This document shows, in pieces, positions 58,553-64,000 of a stretch of DNA of 64,000 nt. Position 1 is the stretch's first letter; each line of letters opens with the position of its first letter. Position numbers and translations under genes: made by a program. The stretch comes from Burkholderiaceae bacterium (GTDB taxonomy: Bacteria > Pseudomonadota > Gammaproteobacteria > Burkholderiales > Burkholderiaceae), in assembly GCA_947452625.1 (NCBI GenBank), contig CANGEC010000001.1, positions 1,576 through 65,575 on the forward strand, read 5' to 3'. The notes below the pieces were generated by a model. The model saw only the letters and a program-made list of their open reading frames with translations, was not told the DNA's origin and made no database searches.

Positions 58553-59367
58553 TCCGTTGCAAACCATTGCTCGGCACGTATGTTGAGATTTCGATTGACG
58601 ATGCATGCGGCAATCACATTGCAGCTATTGAGCAGGCATTTAATGCAATAGCGACTGTACAAAAGCTTATGGGATTTCATGATCCCAACAGCGAGCTATC
58701 GATGATCAATTTGCACGCCCATCTAAATGAACTCGAGATCCATCCATGGACAAGTGAAGTGCTGCAGATTGCTCGCGAAGTTTATAACTTATCTGGTGGA
58801 CTCTTCAATTGCGGTATCGGCCATCACTTAGTAGCGAGCGGACTTTTGCCAACACAGATTAATCGGCAAGTACGTCAATATGGCGGCATTGAAGATCTGC
58901 AATGGATAACTACCAACAAGATCTTCTCGACTAAGCCTCTTTGTTTGGATTTGGGTGGTATTGCGAAGGGATTTGCAGTGGATATCGCCGTTCAATGCTT
59001 ACGTACCCGTGGTGTTGAGTCTGGCTCGGTAAATGCCGGCGGCGATCTACGCGTATTTGGCAATCAGGCGCAAACTATTTATCTTCGCGAACCCAGCAAG
59101 CCCAACCAGGTGATCAACATTGGCGAACTCCAAAATGGTGCGATCGCAACCAGCGGTCTATATCTTTCTGCGCGCGAGAAAAATACTGTGAGCCATTTCA
59201 TCAACCCCATTAGCGGGCAAGCTGTCGATACTCCCCACTCTTACTCCGTGATCGCCAATGAATGCATCTATGCCGACGCCCTGACAAAAGTCTTGGCCCT
59301 CACTCATCAACCAGACCATGCCTGTTTTCATCATTTTTCAGCGCAAGCAATACAACTAGCAATATGA
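58549..59367 (+). CDS. apbE: FAD:protein FMN transferase, no signal peptide
   Basis: LLGT, SELS.IN, LDLGGIAKGFAVD, VNAGGDL, AIATSG, ADALTK. Confidence 0.92.
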   Translation: MIRCKPLLGTYVEISIDDACGNHIAAIEQAFNAIATVQKLMGFHDPNSELSMINLHAHLNELEIHPWTSEVLQIAREVYNLSGGLFNCGIGHHLVASGLLPTQINRQVRQYGGIEDLQWITTNKIFSTKPLCLDLGGIAKGFAVDIAVQCLRTRGVESGSVNAGGDLRVFGNQAQTIYLREPSKPNQVINIGELQNGAIATSGLYLSAREKNTVSHFINPISGQAVDTPHSYSVIANECIYADALTKVLALTHQPDHACFHHFSAQAIQLAI

Positions 59368-59804
59368 GTCATTCACACTACCGTAATAACAGCCGCCTCG
59401 GTAAAATGCCGCACTGGCAGAGAACCTTTGTCCTGGCCAGCATGAGCACTTGCGCCCTAACCGGCATCGCTTACTTACTGGGTCACGAATTTTTTCTGAA
59501 AAAAGACTTATTGGGTATTCATGCAGTACTTGCCTGGCATGGCATCACCGCATTAATAGCCACCCTAGCTTTGGGCTCAGTGCTTCCTTTTCATCTTAAG
59601 GCAGGCTTAAAGGCAAAACGTCAGCTAGCAAGCGGCCTCAGTCAGCTTGGCTTTTTAGCCATCCTTCTTAGCTCAGGAGCGCTACTGTACTACGGCCCCG
59701 AAACCATTCGAGAAAGCGTCATTCTGACTCACTGGCTTATCGGCCTGGTATTTTTTGCCATCTTTATGGTGCATGGCGTAGTTGCGCAGATCAAGCGAAG
59801 CTGA
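59364..59804 (+). CDS. His-rich multi-pass membrane protein (possible cytochrome b)
   Basis: ATGA overlap with apbE; four hydrophobic helices with WHG, FHL, THW, VHG. Confidence 0.65.
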   Translation: MSHSHYRNNSRLGKMPHWQRTFVLASMSTCALTGIAYLLGHEFFLKKDLLGIHAVLAWHGITALIATLALGSVLPFHLKAGLKAKRQLASGLSQLGFLAILLSSGALLYYGPETIRESVILTHWLIGLVFFAIFMVHGVVAQIKRS

Positions 59805-59824
59805 AGCGCATGCCGAAAAACTTC

Positions 59825-60139
59825 CTACCTCTTACAGTAATGCTGATAAAGCAAAGCCATTACCGAGACCGCCACTTGGCTAGCAAGGGAATAATAAATC
59901 TGCTTTCCATCTCTGCGTGTCTTGACGAGTTTTTCTTTTCTGAGGACTGCCAACTGTTGCGATAGTGTCGGCTGATGAATATCTAAAGCTGACTCAAGCT
60001 CTCCGACACATTTTTCACCCTGACCGATTTCACAAAGCAACATCATGCGGTCTCGATTGGAGAGCACTTTCATCAACTTGCAGGCATCTTCGGCAGAAGA
60101 CTGCATTTTCTTTAATTCGGATTTCGAAATAGTTGTCAT
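59825..60139 (-). CDS. ArsR/SmtB regulator, BigR/SqrR-like
   Basis: RMMLLC, QPTLSQQLAVLR, RRDGKQIYY, C-terminal HYC (two-Cys persulfide sensor pattern). Confidence 0.85.
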   Translation of the reverse strand: MTTISKSELKKMQSSAEDACKLMKVLSNRDRMMLLCEIGQGEKCVGELESALDIHQPTLSQQLAVLRKEKLVKTRRDGKQIYYSLASQVAVSVMALLYQHYCKR

Positions 60140-60153
60140 TTACAAAATTTAAT

Positions 60154-61026
60154 CTACAGCACATTTAATGGAATTTTTAAGAACGATTTGCCATCGCTTT
60201 CAGGCTGCGGAAAATGTCCAGCGCGAATATTGATTTGGATCGCAGGCAAAATTAAAGTGGGCATCTCTAAACCTTGATCGCGTTTAGTCCGCATCGCCAC
60301 AAAAGCATCCTCACTGATACCCTCATGAATATGAATATTGTGGGCTCGCTCTTGAGCAACCGTCGCACTGCAAGTAGGTTCTCTGTTCTCAGGCGGATAA
60401 TCATGGCACATATACAGCTTAGTATGCTCAGGATAGGCTAACAGCCGCTGAATGGATCTAAATAGCGTCCTCGCATCACCCCCAGGAAAATCGCAACGTG
60501 CCGTGCCAACATCCGGCATAAATAAAGTATCCCCTACAAAAATTGCATCGCCAATCTCATAAGCCATGCAAGCTGGGGTATGGCCTGGGACGTATAAGGC
60601 TTTTAAAACAAGATTGCCGAAGGACAAGGTTTCCCCATCCTTTAACAAATCATCGAATTGAGATCCATCCACCGCAAAATCTCCGCCGAGATTAAAAATC
60701 CCTTTAAATACCTTTTGCACACCATCGATACGATTACCAATAACGATCTTTCCCCCGAGCTTATTTTGCAAATAAGGTGCAGCAGTCAAGTGATCGGCGT
60801 GAGCATGAGTTTCCAATATCCATTCGACCTGCAAGCGATGGGCCAGGATAAATTCAATCACTTCATCAACGGAGCTGGTTTTGGTCCTGCCTGACTTTGG
60901 GTCGTAATTTAAGACCGAATCAATAACCACGCAGGGACTGCCGTCGCTCTCATACACCACATAGGTATAAGTCCAAGTTTCGGGATCAAAAAACGGCTTA
61001 ATGACGGCTTGCGGCTTTGGGTTCAC
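60154..61026 (-). CDS. Persulfide dioxygenase (Blh/ETHE1-like MBL)
   Basis: ETHAHADHL, PGHTPAC, GTARCDFPGG, CHDY, LKIPLN; GTG start at 61026 preferred over 61047. Confidence 0.9.
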   Translation of the reverse strand: MNPKPQAVIKPFFDPETWTYTYVVYESDGSPCVVIDSVLNYDPKSGRTKTSSVDEVIEFILAHRLQVEWILETHAHADHLTAAPYLQNKLGGKIVIGNRIDGVQKVFKGIFNLGGDFAVDGSQFDDLLKDGETLSFGNLVLKALYVPGHTPACMAYEIGDAIFVGDTLFMPDVGTARCDFPGGDARTLFRSIQRLLAYPEHTKLYMCHDYPPENREPTCSATVAQERAHNIHIHEGISEDAFVAMRTKRDQGLEMPTLILPAIQINIRAGHFPQPESDGKSFLKIPLNVL

Positions 61027-61049
61027 AATAGTCTTTCCAAAGAACAATC

Positions 61050-61069
61050 AATATATTTAATTATATAAT
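61050..61069. promoter_or_regulatory. Putative BigR operator
   Basis: AATATAT-TTAATT-ATATAAT imperfect palindrome in the short divergent spacer. Confidence 0.4.
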
Positions 61070-61084
61070 ATCCAAGCTATCACA

Positions 61085-61903
61085 ATGGACTACTCGACCC
61101 TTATCAGCCCCTCACTTGGCATACTTGTTGGTCTGCTGATGGGTTTGACCGGGGCCGGTGGCGGCATTCTATCGGTGCCCCTTTTGGTTTTTGCTTTACA
61201 TCTGAGCGTGGCTGAGGCTGGTCCAATTGCGCTCTCAGCGATTGCTCTAGCAGCAAGTGTTGGTGCATTGCTAGGCTTTAAGAATAAGATCTTGCGTTAT
61301 AAAGCTGCCGGCTTCATGGCCGTCTTTGGCCTAATTCTTTCACCAGTAGGTCTTTGGTTAGCGCAACAAGTACCAAACACCCCGTTACTCATACTGTTTA
61401 GCTACACCCTAATGTATGTCTCCATTCGCCTTTACCGACAGGCGCGCAATGAGGTTTTAGGTATCGGCGATCAAAATATCAAACCACCACCCTGCCTGCT
61501 GAATCAGTCTATTGGCAAATTGGTTTGGACTGTTCCATGCGCCAGAGCCTTAATGTTTGCCGGCAGCCTTGCGGGTTTCTTATCAGGCTTGCTCGGCGTT
61601 GGCGGCGGCTTTGTGATTGTCCCCGCCCTCAAGCGCTATACCGATCTTCCCTTGCAATCGATTGTCGCCACATCACTCGGTGTTCTAGCGATTATTTCGG
61701 GTGGCGGCACGATTATTTCAGCATTATCAGGAACGCTTCACCTACAAATTGCTGCGCCATTTGCACTGGGTTCACTTGGTGGTCTCTTACTAGGCCGCGC
61801 GCTCGGTAAAAAAATCAGTGGTCCAAGACTACAGCAGCTCTTTGCCGTCTTTACCCTATTGGTTGCCCTCGGACTCATGGTGAAGGGTATTGAAGGTTTA
61901 TGA
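61085..61903 (+). CDS. TauE/SafE sulfite exporter family
   Basis: GLTGAGGGILSVP and GLLGVGGGFVIVP repeats. Confidence 0.9.
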   Translation: MDYSTLISPSLGILVGLLMGLTGAGGGILSVPLLVFALHLSVAEAGPIALSAIALAASVGALLGFKNKILRYKAAGFMAVFGLILSPVGLWLAQQVPNTPLLILFSYTLMYVSIRLYRQARNEVLGIGDQNIKPPPCLLNQSIGKLVWTVPCARALMFAGSLAGFLSGLLGVGGGFVIVPALKRYTDLPLQSIVATSLGVLAIISGGGTIISALSGTLHLQIAAPFALGSLGGLLLGRALGKKISGPRLQQLFAVFTLLVALGLMVKGIEGL

Positions 61904-61962
61904 AACGTCGCCTGCTCCCACCACTCTTTATACTGATCTTGAGCTTATTAGGAGTTTCATTA

Positions 61963-62454
61963 ATGCCCTTCTTTTCGAATGCCATCATCACCCTTTCTGG
62001 GACCGTGAGAAATCTGAATAATGAGTTACTGGAGTATGTGAATCCAGAGAAGCCAACCCATGATCACTCCTCGGTGTATTTCAAACGAATTTACATCTCT
62101 AAATTTGACTTGGGCGACCAAAAAGTTGAGGCGAAATTTAATACACCAATGAACATTCAAGACGGTGATCAACTCACTGTTACGGGCCTCAATAAAAATG
62201 GGGTGTTTGAAGTTTTAGCCTACGAAAATAAAACCCAGAAAATTACCAGCAGTGAAAATTGGATCGTGTTGGGCTTAGGGGCGCTATTCTTTTTGGCGGT
62301 CTCCCTTGGTGTCCTCAATTCAGAGCTCGCCCTGGAAGGCGCCTGGATACCGAAGCTATTTGCAATCAGTTTTATGGGTGTTGCTTTTTATATGGGATAT
62401 CGGGCCCTCTTGATCCGGGCGGCACTGAAACTACTTCAAGGTTCGGTCTCATAA
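61963..62454 (+). CDS. Hypothetical membrane protein
   Basis: AGGAG RBS before the ATG at 61963; soluble N-terminal part plus two C-terminal TM helices. Confidence 0.6.
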   Translation: MPFFSNAIITLSGTVRNLNNELLEYVNPEKPTHDHSSVYFKRIYISKFDLGDQKVEAKFNTPMNIQDGDQLTVTGLNKNGVFEVLAYENKTQKITSSENWIVLGLGALFFLAVSLGVLNSELALEGAWIPKLFAISFMGVAFYMGYRALLIRAALKLLQGSVS

Positions 62455-62460
62455 AAAGAT

Positions 62461-62483
62461 AAAGCCCTCCAAGGAGGGCTTTT
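62461..62483. terminator. Bidirectional terminator
   Basis: AAAGCCCTCC-AA-GGAGGGCTTTT. Confidence 0.8.
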
Positions 62484-62506
62484 AAACATCTGGCATTACC
62501 AGTTGA

Positions 62507-63235
62507 TTAATGACTACTAGCACCGCCCAAATAGGCAGCCTTGACTGCAGGATCATCTTGCAACTTACTGGCGGGGCCATGGGTTGCAATCTTACCGTTC
62601 TCCAATACGTAACCATAATCGGCCACATTTAAAGCAGCGGCAGCAAATTGCTCCACCAATAACATGGTGACACCCTGCGATTTGAGATTAGAAATAATCT
62701 TAAATACTTCCTCAACCAGAATTGGGGCAAGACCCATGGATGGCTCATCGAGCAAAATAATTTCAGGGTTGAGCATCACAGCGCGGGCCATCGCCAACAT
62801 TTGCTGCTCGCCACCCGATAAAGTACCAGCCAATTGATTGCGGCGCTCTTTAAGGCGTGGGAACATTTCGAGAGCACGCTCTAAGTCGCTCTTGATATCC
62901 CCCTTAGGACGACTTCCGGTAAAGCGAGGAAATGCACCCAATAAAAGATTGTCGGTCACTGACATGGTGGTGAAGACACGACGCCCCTCAGGGCTATGCG
63001 CCAATCCTAGGCGAGCGATTTTATGAGAGTCGTAACCATCAATTTTTTCACCGCCCAAAGTGACTTCACCAGCAGTAGGCTTAATCATCCCAGTAATAGC
63101 GCGCATGGTTGTCGTCTTACCGGCACCATTTGAGCCAATCAAGGTAATCACCTGGCCTTTAGGCACTTCAATATTGATGCCGTGAAGGACTTTAACTTTG
63201 CCGTAGCCTGCTTCAAGATTCTTAATAGATAACAT
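62507..63235 (-). CDS. livF: Branched-chain amino acid ABC transporter ATPase
   Basis: GSNGAGKTT, PEGRRVF, LSGGEQQM, LLDEPSMGLAP. Confidence 0.9.
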   Translation of the reverse strand: MLSIKNLEAGYGKVKVLHGINIEVPKGQVITLIGSNGAGKTTTMRAITGMIKPTAGEVTLGGEKIDGYDSHKIARLGLAHSPEGRRVFTTMSVTDNLLLGAFPRFTGSRPKGDIKSDLERALEMFPRLKERRNQLAGTLSGGEQQMLAMARAVMLNPEIILLDEPSMGLAPILVEEVFKIISNLKSQGVTMLLVEQFAAAALNVADYGYVLENGKIATHGPASKLQDDPAVKAAYLGGASSH

Positions 63236-63266
63236 GGTATTTACCGATTCAATATAGTTCTAGTGA

Positions 63267-64000
63267 TTAAGTACCCAAGTAGGCATGAATCACCTTCTCG
63301 TCCGCTTGCACCTCAGCAGGCTTACCTTCTGCAATCTTCTGACCAAAATCGAGTACAGAAACCGTATCGCACACTGACATCACCACATCCATGTGATGCT
63401 CGATCAAGATAAAAGTAATACCGCTATCGCGAATCTTACGAATAATGCGCAAGAGCTCCTTGATATCCGGGGCTGTTAAGCCTGCAGCCGGCTCATCGAG
63501 TAAGAGTAATTCTGGATCAAGCGCTAAAGCACGGGCAATCTCCAAAAGACGCTGCTTACCGTATGGCAGATTGCGTGCCTCTTCATTGGCCAAATCATCT
63601 AGACCAACGAACTTGAGCAAGGCCAATGCACGCGCATGGGCTTCCGCTTCTTCCTTTTTGTAACGTGGCAAGTGCAAAGCAATCTCAACCATGTTTGATT
63701 TAAAAGTATGGTGTAGACCGACCAAGATGTTCTGAATCGCGGTCATCTCACCAAACAGCTGAACGTTTTGGAAGGTACGCGCAATGCCTGATAAAGCAAT
63801 ATCGGAAGAAGTCTTACCAACCACACTATTGCCCGCGTATAAAACATTGCCGGCAGTAGGAACATAAATACCGGTCAGCACGTTCATCATGGTGCTCTTA
63901 CCGGAGCCATTAGGACCGATCAAACCATGAATGGTGCCACGCTTAATACTCAGGCTAACATTGTTCAGAGCCTTAAGACCACCAAACTGCATCAATACGG
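63267..64000 (-). CDS. livG: Branched-chain amino acid ABC transporter ATPase domain (5' end probably outside window)
   Basis: FGGLKAL, GPNGSGKST, ARTFQ, LPYGKQR, LDEPAAG, IEHHM; frame is open to the window edge. Confidence 0.88.
   Translation of the reverse strand, partial: VLMQFGGLKALNNVSLSIKRGTIHGLIGPNGSGKSTMMNVLTGIYVPTAGNVLYAGNSVVGKTSSDIALSGIARTFQNVQLFGEMTAIQNILVGLHHTFKSNMVEIALHLPRYKKEEAEAHARALALLKFVGLDDLANEEARNLPYGKQRLLEIARALALDPELLLLDEPAAGLTAPDIKELLRIIRKIRDSGITFILIEHHMDVVMSVCDTVSVLDFGQKIAEGKPAEVQADEKVIHAYLGT

Noticed and set aside
198-63663. Many short ORFs in the track (e.g. 198..410, 3090..3335, 13241..13630, 15005..15454, 27457..27960, 38858..39298, 57620..58078)
   Set aside because: They are antisense or out-of-frame shadows of well-supported genes and have no recognisable motifs
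1-64000. CRISPR arrays, tRNA/rRNA, IS elements, integrases, prophage or defence genes
   Set aside because: No spaced repeats, cloverleafs, transposase/integrase motifs or phage genes were seen; island boundaries cannot be fixed without comparative genomes

Overview
Bacterial chromosomal window, most likely a Polynucleobacter-like betaproteobacterium. This is an inference from five orphan Bug/TctC binding proteins, a monomeric icd with an icd-II-like leader, and the core gene context. I saw no rRNA, tRNA, CRISPR array, transposase or integrase. About 1-41 kb is an accessory-looking catabolic and redox region. It holds Bug proteins, an HmfH-like GMC oxidase, several Tat-signal hydrolases and oxidoreductases, two IorAB-type molybdoenzymes, a LeuCD-like plus ICL-family module, a CaiB plus CitE module, a PQQ-type dehydrogenase with cytochrome c4, an LVIVD protein with a COG0523 GTPase, and ahpCF. 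The most unusual unit is an operon (6146-11722) of two paralogous exported proteins, each with an Ig-like domain, one CxxCH and a beta-propeller, plus cytochrome c551, an HdeA-like protein and a Tat hydrolase. About 41-64 kb is mostly core genes (rsuA, msrPQ, icd, FKBP, livGF). It also contains a Fur-boxed operon (outer-membrane barrel, FMN-binding protein, ApbE, His-rich membrane protein), tandem NrdR-like boxes in front of a secreted nuclease, and a BigR/persulfide dioxygenase/TauE module. One outer-membrane gene (36197-37099) carries an in-frame nonsense codon. All family calls come from motif recognition by eye; no database searches were run.
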